Shown here piece after piece: positions 10,835 through 20,483 of a stretch of 64,000 nucleotides of DNA. Under the pieces are notes generated by a model. That model searched no databases. It was not told the DNA's origin and saw nothing but the letters and a program-made list of their open reading frames with translations. Both the position numbers and the translations under genes were made by a program. This DNA comes from an uncultured virus (IMG/VR IMGVR_UViG_3300042358_000030) (Duplodnaviria > Heunggongvirae > Uroviricota > Caudoviricetes), in IMG/VR virus record IMGVR_UViG_3300042358_000030, positions 1 through 64,000 of that record; one strand, given 5' to 3'. Numbering within the stretch: position 1 is the stretch's first letter; every line of letters begins with the position of its first letter.

Positions 10835-12057
10835 TGAGTGCAAACACATATCGTATAAGAATATCTCCTGAAGTAATTAATGGTGATGTTTTTAAAATTA
10901 GTTATATCGGAGACCCGTATCTTGAAGAACAAAAAATACCATTTTGTTGTGATATCTATACTCGTGAGGTAACCAAATATATTGATGGGAATGCTTATGT
11001 ATATTCGTCAATGACTCAAATATTAACAGGAGGAACAAACACTTCTAATATTTCAAAAGCAACACTCAAACCTGGTACATCATTATTAACAGGTTTAACG
11101 ATTCCAATATTAATTACTGAAAATACGGTAGATGTTGGATATTATTCAGTTTTTGATGGAATGGTATTACAACAAGAGGTTATGACTAACTTTTTGTTCT
11201 CAGCCAATACAATCGACCCATATACTTATAATTTTTATAATACTTCGGACGTTGAATTTAAAAAATACTTATCATTTTCAAATTATGAAATTGATTGGGG
11301 TGATGGTTCCCCAAAACAAATAATAACTTCTACTAGTCCTAGTTTTTATTCACATACTTATCCGCCAAGTCCTTCTAGTGGGTTTACTATTAGTATGTCA
11401 GGCATGAGTCCGTGGGGTTCCAATGTGGTGAAGAAAACAATATATGTACCATTTACTAATGTGACAATATTAGACCCAAAAGGAAGGACTTGTTTTACAC
11501 CTATGGGTGGTAATTGGTCGGCAACTTCAGTTTGTTATGATTTTATTTATAGTGGAGATGCTAGTTGTCAAACATATCAAAGTGGTGTTAACCCTTATTT
11601 AACTGTCCCATTAGTTGTAACAGGATATACACAATCATCGGTGTCTGATTTAAAGGTTTATGGTAATAAATCTACTTTAGATAATGGTAATTATAAAATA
11701 GGTGTCCAAGTGACAGGTACGACAGGTGTTGTCGGTACATATTGGGGCGGAAGTGCAAATGGTAATCAATTATATACCGGATATACAATTAATGGTGTTG
11801 ATTATTATGATTATAATGATGGTACGACTCTATTTGTTGTTAGTGGTGTTACACCAATAGATACGGTATGTGAACCAATTGTAAAAAATGAAGCATTATT
11901 AAATGTAATTGATGAGCCAGAAGTTCAATCTAATGTGTTCATTGAACGGGGGAAAGTTTCTGGATTAGAATCGATGGAACGATTAGGTGAAGTTGATAAT
12001 TTGGGAGACCTTGAAAAATATGGGTATAAGTTTTTTAATATAATAAAAGTAGATTAA
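10834..12057 (+). CDS. Putative virion protein with a PKD-like domain
   Basis: YEIDWGDGS...HTY PKD signature; Thr/Gly-rich. Confidence 0.6.
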   Translation: MSANTYRIRISPEVINGDVFKISYIGDPYLEEQKIPFCCDIYTREVTKYIDGNAYVYSSMTQILTGGTNTSNISKATLKPGTSLLTGLTIPILITENTVDVGYYSVFDGMVLQQEVMTNFLFSANTIDPYTYNFYNTSDVEFKKYLSFSNYEIDWGDGSPKQIITSTSPSFYSHTYPPSPSSGFTISMSGMSPWGSNVVKKTIYVPFTNVTILDPKGRTCFTPMGGNWSATSVCYDFIYSGDASCQTYQSGVNPYLTVPLVVTGYTQSSVSDLKVYGNKSTLDNGNYKIGVQVTGTTGVVGTYWGGSANGNQLYTGYTINGVDYYDYNDGTTLFVVSGVTPIDTVCEPIVKNEALLNVIDEPEVQSNVFIERGKVSGLESMERLGEVDNLGDLEKYGYKFFNIIKVD

Positions 12058-12082
12058 AAATATAAAATTGATATTTATCAAT

Positions 12083-12865
12083 ATGAAACAAATTGTTTTT
12101 ACATTAAAAGATATTGGAAAAATTAAAGAATTTTATTCTAATAGTTTAAGTTGCTCACACATTGGGAAAATTTTTGATGTTAGTAAAACACCTATTATTA
12201 AGATATTAAAGCAGGAAGGGTTATTGAAAAAAGGTTATAGTAATGGAAAAAAAATTATATTAACTAATGAACAAAAAAAAATAATTAAAAATTTATATAT
12301 AATTGAGAAAAAAAATTGTAAAGAAATTGGTGATACTCTAAATCTTACAGAATCATTTATTAATAAATATCTTGGGACAGTTAATTATAGAAGAAGTAAA
12401 AGTGAAGCCAATTCTGAATATAGAAAAGGTAAAAAATTACCTCAAAAAACTAAAAATAATATGAAAATTGCTCAACAAAAATTGAGTAAAAGTGGTAATA
12501 GAAAACAAACCGGTGGTGTTTGTAAAATTTTTAATGTTGACGGTATTAAATGTCAGGGTACTTATGAAAAATTTTACATTGAAAAATTAATCAATGAAAA
12601 TATTTTATATCCCAAAAATTGTGAACCTATTATAACACCTTATGGTGTTTATTATCCTGATTTTTCATATGGTAATAAATTAATAGAAATTAAATCTGAT
12701 TACACTTATAATATTTTAATTGGTGTTGAAAAAAGTCGTTTTACTAATCTAATAGAAACTAATCAATTAATGAAAATAAAATGGGTCAATGAAAATGTTT
12801 TACCTGTTGAAATTATTGTTGTTGATAAAAGAAAAAATAAAATTATAAAAAAAGAAATTATATGA
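12083..12865 (+). CDS. Free-standing homing-endonuclease-like protein (HTH/NUMOD3-like DNA binding plus PD-(D/E)xK nuclease)
   Basis: Lys-rich; SEANSEYRKGKKLPQKTKNNMK NUMOD3-like; YYPDF...IEIKSDYT PD-ExK motif; ATG at 12083 preferred over TTG at 12068. Confidence 0.6.
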   Translation: MKQIVFTLKDIGKIKEFYSNSLSCSHIGKIFDVSKTPIIKILKQEGLLKKGYSNGKKIILTNEQKKIIKNLYIIEKKNCKEIGDTLNLTESFINKYLGTVNYRRSKSEANSEYRKGKKLPQKTKNNMKIAQQKLSKSGNRKQTGGVCKIFNVDGIKCQGTYEKFYIEKLINENILYPKNCEPIITPYGVYYPDFSYGNKLIEIKSDYTYNILIGVEKSRFTNLIETNQLMKIKWVNENVLPVEIIVVDKRKNKIIKKEII

Positions 12866-13776
12866 GTACTGGCACCTATGGTACAATAAGACCCGCAGAT
12901 GTATCACCAGAAGATGTGGACATCATTCTTAATTATACACCATCAAGAGATGAAACAGATAATTTTGTATTAACAAAATTAGATGCTGTATCAATATTAA
13001 GACCTTATTTTAATAATCAACAAACGAGTTCAAGTCCAAACCCTAATGTAGAAATATTAGGTGGGTTATACAATTTAAGACTGCCTGCAGAACAATTTAA
13101 CCAATTGGGTATCTACACCTTATATATTAGACCAGCGGAGATTAGAACGAGTATTTTAGATTGTGGTGTGTTATCATCATTACCTAACGTAAAAGGAATT
13201 ATAATTGATTTGAACGATGTCCCAAGTCAATTTAGAAATAAATTTGTTAATCAAGGTTTAGTTGGTTTTAGAATTGAGTATTTAAACTCTGATGGAACAA
13301 AAATACCTAATTTCTTTAGAATTGTTACATCATCATTCTTTTGTGAACCAGTTGTTCAAAATTTGACAAATACATCACAAAAAGCAATAAGATATAGATA
13401 TACAGACAATAATACAAATATAATCTTTTGTACAGTTTCTCCGTCGTCATCTCCGACAAACAAACCAAATGCGACACCATATATTGGACAGCCAAATCAA
13501 AATATTATAATGTCTAATACCTTCTTTAATCCTATCACTCTTGATATCGAGATTGCAGACCAAGATTTCTCAACATTGGCTATTGCTCTTTATGGTAATC
13601 AGACTAAATCTATGGATGATGGTATTTACACGATTTATGATACAAATAACAACATTTACCAACAATATAATCTATACGAAATTAGAGACCAATTTAATAC
13701 ATTGTTATACGAAGTTAGACAAAATAGAGGAGATAATATTGATTTTAGTAAAAACTTTACAAACATAACTGAATAA
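12862..13776 (+). CDS. Putative virion structural protein
   Basis: 304 aa ORF translationally coupled within the structural operon. Confidence 0.55.
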   Translation: MSTGTYGTIRPADVSPEDVDIILNYTPSRDETDNFVLTKLDAVSILRPYFNNQQTSSSPNPNVEILGGLYNLRLPAEQFNQLGIYTLYIRPAEIRTSILDCGVLSSLPNVKGIIIDLNDVPSQFRNKFVNQGLVGFRIEYLNSDGTKIPNFFRIVTSSFFCEPVVQNLTNTSQKAIRYRYTDNNTNIIFCTVSPSSSPTNKPNATPYIGQPNQNIIMSNTFFNPITLDIEIADQDFSTLAIALYGNQTKSMDDGIYTIYDTNNNIYQQYNLYEIRDQFNTLLYEVRQNRGDNIDFSKNFTNITE

Positions 13777-16700
13777 TGGCGTTACAAAAATTTACATGTC
13801 CACCACAAGGTGCTTCCGGTGCAAGTTCATTCTCTGATGACTTAGTTGGTTTCCAACTAGTTACGGGGGGTGGTTTAACACAGGGTAATTTTGAATTTGC
13901 GACATCTTTTAATGAAAAGACTAATAGAACTTTTAATACCGGAACATTTTCGGAACCAATTAGTTTAGAAGGATTAGGTTTAGAAAGTACTTTCCAATCA
14001 AGAGCAATTTTTGAAAATAACTTTAAAGTTTACCCTAATTTTGATTTGAGTCAAATTACAAATTTTACTCAATATGGTTCATTAGTTAAAAGACTTTCAA
14101 CTTCTGTTGAAACAATTATATCCAAATTCCCTGCGGCTCTTGAGGCGACGATAATGGGGGAAAATTATGTTAAGGGTGAGACGGCAACGAATATTAGTTA
14201 TAATCAAATTGATAATATAACTAGTTTTGATTTAGATGTTTCTAGATTAAGAAACCCATTTGCGATTGATTTTACAATTAATTCAACTAGAAATCTTGCA
14301 TTAAAAGAGATTCAAGTATCGGCGCTTAGAGATATGACAGTTCAGTATGCTTATTATAGTTTATACTATAAAGGTATTGGTTATGATGTAACGGCAATTA
14401 TTCCAACAACGTCTATTACATCAGGAACTTTAAATGTTACTGTTAGTGGTGACCCTTTTCCAAATCAAACATTTACGTTTGATGATTTAGTTATTCGACC
14501 AAATGATTATCAAGTTAATAGAGTTTTTAATGAAGATTTAGATGAAGTTGAGAATTTCTTATTAAATAGGAATGTTACACCAAAGTATACGGCAAGTTTT
14601 AATGTCCCGAGAGAGGCTGATGACGGGACCTATTTTTCTTCACAAGAGTTTATTACATTTCCATTAAATGGGTCTTGGAATTTAGATATTGTAACAAAGG
14701 CTTTCACTAATTATCTAATTCAATTAAATGATATTGGTGTATCACTAGATGGTTATAAAACAAATATTATTTCAAGATTTTTAGTTACGGGGGCATTCCA
14801 AGAATTTGATACGTTAGGTCAAAAAATGGAAAAAGTTCTACAAATTTATGGTAGAAGTTTTGACGAAACTAATAAATTTATAAGTGCGTTGGCGTTTATG
14901 AATTCGGTTCATTATAATCCGGGTGATGATATACCATCTCAGTTACTTAAAAATTTATCTCAAACATTAGGTTGGCAAACAAATATGTCTCCGGTATCTA
15001 CCGATGATTTTTTAAGTTCAGTTTTTGGTCAAACAAATACTGATAAATCTCAATACCCTGGTGTTTCAGACGCTACTACTCCTGATGAATTAAATTATCA
15101 ATACTATAGAAATTTAATATTAAACTCGGCTTATTTGTTTAAATCAAAGGGGACTAGAAAATCAATAGAGACTTTAATGGCTTTAATTGGTGCTCCCGAT
15201 GCTTTAGTTGAATTTAACGAGTATATTTATTTGGCTGACCAAAGAATTAATGTTAATCAATTTAATAGTCAATTTGCTCAAATATCAGGTGGTACTTATG
15301 TTCAAGAATTACCGACATTAGAGGCTGGTAACACATATAAGTTTAGACAAGATACGTATACAGGATTTACTACGACAACAGTAATTCAAGATGTGAACAT
15401 AACTAAAGATGAATATCCGATGGATGATTTAGGGTTCCCTAAAGCCCCTGTTAATACTGATGATTATTTTTTTGAAAAAGGTAGTGGATGGTTTGAACAG
15501 ACACCAAAACATCGAGCACCGGAAGAAGTCAGTTATACTAATAGTGTGTTTACAGGTGCAAATCCTAATTACCAAACAGTTTTGACACCATATACTTATG
15601 GTCAAGAATATTTTGATAGGTTTGCTCAGTTCCCTTTTATGAATTTAGGGTATAACTTAACACAAACTATTGATAATAATAAAAGTTGGGTTGATACCGA
15701 AGTTGGGTTACGTTCAAATTTAGATGGGGGGTACAATGCGAGATATTACACAACAAACGATGCGTTAGTACTTAATGCCAAAAACACCGATTTATTTTTA
15801 AACCCGGCTCAAGGTTTATCCTATGATGTGTGGGTTATGTCAAGAGAATATAATTTCCCAATCCCTAATGAGGGTTTAAATTATGTTCAACCAACTTATT
15901 GTGACCCAAATCCAATATCAAATTATCCGATGAGAGGTGGTGTGGATTGGACTGAAATAAATCCACAACCAAAACGTAAAACATTTTTTGAGTTTGCTCA
16001 AACATTTTGGAAAAACATGATTAATGTTAGAAATAGACAATTTTCAACTGATGGTAAGACTATGGGATATCCAACTCTTCAGTCGATTTATTGGAAATAT
16101 TTAGATGCTCAGAAATTAGCGGGGGTACCTGACGGTAGTTTCAATTATAGTAAAATGATTGAATATGTTGACGGAATGGGTGATTATTGGGTAAGACTTG
16201 TGGAACAAATGATTCCAGCAAGTACTATTTGGAATACAGGTGTTAAATATGAGAATTCAATATTTCACAGACAAAAATTTGTTTGGAGAAGACAAGAAGG
16301 TTGTCAATTAATTCCGGTACCATGTAACCCATGTTCAATGACTAGTAATCTTTTCACTTATGATTGTTATGTTCAATCAGTTCAATGTTCTATTTATCCA
16401 TGGCAAAGTAACCCACAATTACAATCATTTGAATCAGTGTTAGGTTATTTGTTAGGGAATTATTTAACATCACAAGGTTATGAATTAAATGATTGTTTAC
16501 AAAATACTTTAATTAGTACTTGGTATGTAGTGTTAAGTCTTGATGATGTTAACATTGTTCAATATGAATTTTTTAGTGGTATTGGTTATCTTAATACAGG
16601 TTTGAGTTCACCAACAACAGAACAATGGAACGAGGCGTTGATACCCGCTTTAAATGGTTTAGATTTGTATGGTTTTGAGTATATTTTAAATGATACTAAT

Positions 16701-16793
16701 GTTATGGTTTATAGTTCAATTTGTTCTGTAAATGATTCGGGAATCAATTTTAAATTGAATGTTGGAATAAATTTTGAAATTTTATGTAATTAA
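13776..16793 (+). CDS. Baseplate wedge protein (P2 gpI / T4 gp7-like domain)
   Basis: YRNLILNSAYLFKSKGTRKSIETLMALIG matches the gpI-type 'KGT' motif. Confidence 0.7.
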   Translation: MALQKFTCPPQGASGASSFSDDLVGFQLVTGGGLTQGNFEFATSFNEKTNRTFNTGTFSEPISLEGLGLESTFQSRAIFENNFKVYPNFDLSQITNFTQYGSLVKRLSTSVETIISKFPAALEATIMGENYVKGETATNISYNQIDNITSFDLDVSRLRNPFAIDFTINSTRNLALKEIQVSALRDMTVQYAYYSLYYKGIGYDVTAIIPTTSITSGTLNVTVSGDPFPNQTFTFDDLVIRPNDYQVNRVFNEDLDEVENFLLNRNVTPKYTASFNVPREADDGTYFSSQEFITFPLNGSWNLDIVTKAFTNYLIQLNDIGVSLDGYKTNIISRFLVTGAFQEFDTLGQKMEKVLQIYGRSFDETNKFISALAFMNSVHYNPGDDIPSQLLKNLSQTLGWQTNMSPVSTDDFLSSVFGQTNTDKSQYPGVSDATTPDELNYQYYRNLILNSAYLFKSKGTRKSIETLMALIGAPDALVEFNEYIYLADQRINVNQFNSQFAQISGGTYVQELPTLEAGNTYKFRQDTYTGFTTTTVIQDVNITKDEYPMDDLGFPKAPVNTDDYFFEKGSGWFEQTPKHRAPEEVSYTNSVFTGANPNYQTVLTPYTYGQEYFDRFAQFPFMNLGYNLTQTIDNNKSWVDTEVGLRSNLDGGYNARYYTTNDALVLNAKNTDLFLNPAQGLSYDVWVMSREYNFPIPNEGLNYVQPTYCDPNPISNYPMRGGVDWTEINPQPKRKTFFEFAQTFWKNMINVRNRQFSTDGKTMGYPTLQSIYWKYLDAQKLAGVPDGSFNYSKMIEYVDGMGDYWVRLVEQMIPASTIWNTGVKYENSIFHRQKFVWRRQEGCQLIPVPCNPCSMTSNLFTYDCYVQSVQCSIYPWQSNPQLQSFESVLGYLLGNYLTSQGYELNDCLQNTLISTWYVVLSLDDVNIVQYEFFSGIGYLNTGLSSPTTEQWNEALIPALNGLDLYGFEYILNDTNVMVYSSICSVNDSGINFKLNVGINFEILCN

Positions 16794-19700
16794 TGGCTTG
16801 TAGTTTAAGTGTAAATTTAAGTATAACGGGAGATTGTTCAAATACAAACTCAGGGGTTTTTAGTGTAGATATCTACGGTACTGCTCCGGATTATACTATA
16901 CAATGGATAAGTCCCGCTTTAGGGACAATAGCGTTAGGTTCTGGTGTGACAGGATATACCGCAACAACATTATCTGCGGGTACATATACCTTTAATGTTA
17001 TCGATTCTTGTTCATCACCATCTCAAAATGTCTTACCGGTAAATGTTAATATTTCTAGTGGTACATGTGTAAGTATTATAGGTCAACAAAATACTACCTG
17101 TAGTTTTAATAATGGGGCGTTGACGGCTCAAACAAGTAGTTTCTATGGTTCTGCTGATTTTTATTTATATAATACATTAACAGGGTTTGTAACATCTGCT
17201 ACAACGGGTTATAATACATTCACAACCCCACCGGCGTTATCGCCAGGTATTTATTATGTTGTTGCCGATGATGGTGGAGGTTGTACAGGAATGTCAGAAA
17301 CTATTATTATAAAATCGTCATCATCTCTTACTTGGGGTTTTTATGTTGTTGAAGATTCGGGGTGTAATAGCGTTGAATCTGGTAAAATATATGTGACGGG
17401 TTTAACAGGTAACCCACCGTTTACTTATTTATGGTCAAATAACGAAACAACTGACTTTATTACAGGGTTAACAAATGGTACGTATAGTGTAACTATAACC
17501 GATAGTACTAATTGTACGTTATCTCAAAGTGCGACAGTAGGGTTGGTACCGGCATTAGGTGTTGCGGCAATTTTAACGAGCGTACCACCGTCTTGTTTTT
17601 CATCTGATGGTGAAGTTACGGTAACTATATCAGGAGGGACAGGACCATATTATTATTCTGCGTCTACAGGTCAAATTAATGTTTCATTTAGTTCTTCACA
17701 AACTTTTCAAAATATTGGTTCAGGATTATTTTCTATAAAAGTGACTGATGCTGCTTTATGTTCTGTTGTTGGGTCAATATCGGTCTTAACGCCAAATGGG
17801 TTTTCAATTATTACTATTGACACAATTAATGCGGATTGTGGAAATAATGGAAAAATAAAAATGACTCTATTAGGTGGTCAATCTCCTTACACATATACAC
17901 TAGTAAATTCAAATGGAGACACTCAAACACAAGTAACTAATTCTTCTGTTTGGCAATTTACTAATTTGGCGGCTGATACTTACGATTTAACAATATCTGA
18001 TAATGGTGCTTGTGTATATACTAATTCATATACAATAGTATCTACGTCACCTTTTACTTTAAGTGCGAGTACAACAGGTACAACTTGTGATTTACAAAAT
18101 GGTTCAGTGGAGATTAGTATTTCAGGTGGTACACCACCTTATACCGTTAATATTGGTAGTGAATTACAAATAATTCAAACTAGTGCAACGACATTTAATA
18201 ATTTATTTTCAGGTGTGTACGCAGCAGAAATTGATGATGCGGTTCCGGGTTGTGCACAAATTATTAATTTTGTAATTGATACCTCTGAAAATGTTGATTT
18301 TTTATTATCTAGTACTGATGCCAATAATGGTAATGATGGTACGGTATCTGCATATATTACAAATGGTGCACCACCTTTTACTTTATTATGGAGTAATAAT
18401 GTAAATGGGCAGACAGGGTATTATTTAAATAGCTTAAGTGCTGGAACTTATAGTTTACAAGTGACAGATAGTGATGGATGTGTTAAAATTAGACAAGTGA
18501 TAATTGATGGATTTGATTCAATATCATCATTTCAAACGTTTAATATTTGTAATAGTGATTTTGAAAATATTAACGAATTAGTTAAAAAAGGTCCAAAAGA
18601 AATGTTAAATGAGGGTTATTATGATTTAACTTCCGGTTATACTAATTGTTTACTTAATCAAGCAATCTTTAATATTGTTGCAACTATTGGTAGTGTAACA
18701 GAAACTTCAGAATTTTATACAAGTTATGCTTTAAACCATTATCCAACTGATGAAGAATATTTTAACGCTTTAGTTGCTTTATTAGAAAGTTTTGACCAAG
18801 TTGCTCAAGTTAATATTGACCCATTAAATAATGGGATTCAAATAATTGCAAAATGTGAAGAACAATATTTGGTAGCAACAGATGTTAATGTTAATGTGTT
18901 TATTGAGTATAATATCTCATGTCAATATTGTGGTTTAGCTCCTACACCAACACCAACAATAACTATAACACCAACTTTAACTATAACTCCAACATTAACT
19001 GTGACACCAACATTAACTGTTACACCAACATTAACCCCGACGTGGACACCTGGATTACCTCCAACACCAACAATAACTGTAACGCCAACTATAACTCCAA
19101 CATTAACATTAACACCAACCCCTACATCAACCCCAACTGTTACACCAACAATAACTGTTACGCCAACAATAACTGTTACACCAACGGTTACACCAACACC
19201 ATTACCATTGTGGTATTTATACGCATCGTGTATTCTTGGAGAGGATGGTGAGCCATATTATATATTACAACCTATATTAGTATTACCTAATTTATTAATT
19301 GGTGATGGATTTAGTTCTACTGACGTTAGAGGTGATGTATCGTGTTGGAAATTAAAAAATATTTATAATGGAGAACCAACATTACCACCTCAATTAAATG
19401 TTCAGATTTATAATACTAATTATTTCACAACAATTAGTAATACAATTTATTCATCTGAAGATTGTTGTCTAGAATGTGAGAGTGATATTAATATTGAAAA
19501 ACCAAGAAATTTCCTTGTTAGTATTCAAAAAGAAGAATCTCAAGTTACAAATATCCAACCACAGACGTTTTATCTATATGATAGTTCATATAGTTTCCCA
19601 GTAACTGTGTCAAATCCTTTATTGGGTGCTCAATTAGGGTTAGTTAATCAAAATTTAACTGTGACACTCTTATCTAGTGTGGCAAACTCACAATGTGTTT

Positions 19701-19843
19701 TATTATATGTGGATGCTTCACTTTATGCGAGTGAAATCGCCCCAATTACAACTCCCGGTTATTATCAAGTTCAATTTTATAATGTTACTGTTGCAGCAAC
19801 ATCAACATTAGAAATTCATGTAAATTCAGGAGTATGTCAATAA
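16793..19843 (+). CDS. SprB-repeat, Thr/Pro-linker virion surface protein
   Basis: Repeated G.I.V.ISGGT(P/G)PY.Y.W...L.AGTY...VTD..C units; about 90 aa TP tract. Confidence 0.7.
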   Translation: MACSLSVNLSITGDCSNTNSGVFSVDIYGTAPDYTIQWISPALGTIALGSGVTGYTATTLSAGTYTFNVIDSCSSPSQNVLPVNVNISSGTCVSIIGQQNTTCSFNNGALTAQTSSFYGSADFYLYNTLTGFVTSATTGYNTFTTPPALSPGIYYVVADDGGGCTGMSETIIIKSSSSLTWGFYVVEDSGCNSVESGKIYVTGLTGNPPFTYLWSNNETTDFITGLTNGTYSVTITDSTNCTLSQSATVGLVPALGVAAILTSVPPSCFSSDGEVTVTISGGTGPYYYSASTGQINVSFSSSQTFQNIGSGLFSIKVTDAALCSVVGSISVLTPNGFSIITIDTINADCGNNGKIKMTLLGGQSPYTYTLVNSNGDTQTQVTNSSVWQFTNLAADTYDLTISDNGACVYTNSYTIVSTSPFTLSASTTGTTCDLQNGSVEISISGGTPPYTVNIGSELQIIQTSATTFNNLFSGVYAAEIDDAVPGCAQIINFVIDTSENVDFLLSSTDANNGNDGTVSAYITNGAPPFTLLWSNNVNGQTGYYLNSLSAGTYSLQVTDSDGCVKIRQVIIDGFDSISSFQTFNICNSDFENINELVKKGPKEMLNEGYYDLTSGYTNCLLNQAIFNIVATIGSVTETSEFYTSYALNHYPTDEEYFNALVALLESFDQVAQVNIDPLNNGIQIIAKCEEQYLVATDVNVNVFIEYNISCQYCGLAPTPTPTITITPTLTITPTLTVTPTLTVTPTLTPTWTPGLPPTPTITVTPTITPTLTLTPTPTSTPTVTPTITVTPTITVTPTVTPTPLPLWYLYASCILGEDGEPYYILQPILVLPNLLIGDGFSSTDVRGDVSCWKLKNIYNGEPTLPPQLNVQIYNTNYFTTISNTIYSSEDCCLECESDINIEKPRNFLVSIQKEESQVTNIQPQTFYLYDSSYSFPVTVSNPLLGAQLGLVNQNLTVTLLSSVANSQCVLLYVDASLYASEIAPITTPGYYQVQFYNVTVAATSTLEIHVNSGVCQ
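18938..19205 (+). repeat. Coding tandem repeat, about 18-nt / T(L/I/V)TxTP hexapeptide units
   Basis: Recurrent acaccaacattaactgt-type units encoding TPTLTVTPTITV... Confidence 0.9.
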
Positions 19844-19876
19844 TAAAAAACCCCTCCGTTAAGAGGGGTTTTTTAT
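19843..19876. terminator. Bidirectional rho-independent terminator
   Basis: ataaaaaacccctc-cgttaa-gaggggttttttat hairpin between convergent gene blocks. Confidence 0.9.
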
Positions 19877-19877
19877 T

Positions 19878-20477
19878 TTACCATATTTTTTCTTGTTTCA
19901 TATGACCTATAACACAACAATAAGCATCTGTTTGGTCAAAGTTTTCTTTTTTAAGGGTATTGTTTCTTGTGTATAACCAAGTGATTTGAGGTTCTCTTTT
20001 TGCAATTAGGTCCCATATAATCATTTTCTTATCAATGTCTTTAGGAAGACCTCCAAATAGTACGTATTTACCTTTATCATTTAATTGAGTTAATTCCGGA
20101 AAGGCGAACTTACGAGAATTGTATGTTGATATGAAATCAGGTACTACACCTAAAACGTCATATATTTCTTTTGTAATTAAAGTGTTGAATCTTAATAACG
20201 TTTGAACTGTATAAACATTGTTTGAGTTTAATAAAGGTTCCTCGATAATTACTTTAGTGATACCCATATCTTTGTATTCTAAAAGTTTACTTCTGAAAAT
20301 TTCTCCTTTTAGAAGTAACTCTTTTATTTTGTTTTCTTCTTTTGGTTTTGGTACGGGAGATATATGTGTTAATTCGAGTAATTCTCTACTTTGTATATCA
20401 AATAATGCCCAACCAATAGTTTTAGTTGAAACATCAAGTCCTAATACTTTAGGACTTTCTTTAAGTGTTTTTTTCAT
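19878..20477 (-). CDS. ruvC: RuvC-like Holliday junction resolvase
   Basis: VLGLDVSTKTIGWA, VIIEEP, and DQTDAYC acidic RNase H-fold motifs. Confidence 0.75.
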   Translation of the reverse strand: MKKTLKESPKVLGLDVSTKTIGWALFDIQSRELLELTHISPVPKPKEENKIKELLLKGEIFRSKLLEYKDMGITKVIIEEPLLNSNNVYTVQTLLRFNTLITKEIYDVLGVVPDFISTYNSRKFAFPELTQLNDKGKYVLFGGLPKDIDKKMIIWDLIAKREPQITWLYTRNNTLKKENFDQTDAYCCVIGHMKQEKIW

Positions 20478-20483
20478 ATTTTA

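Noticed and set aside
18919..19251. Alternative-frame Asn/Tyr-rich ORF
   Set aside because: Frame shadow of the TP repeat in the 16793-19843 gene
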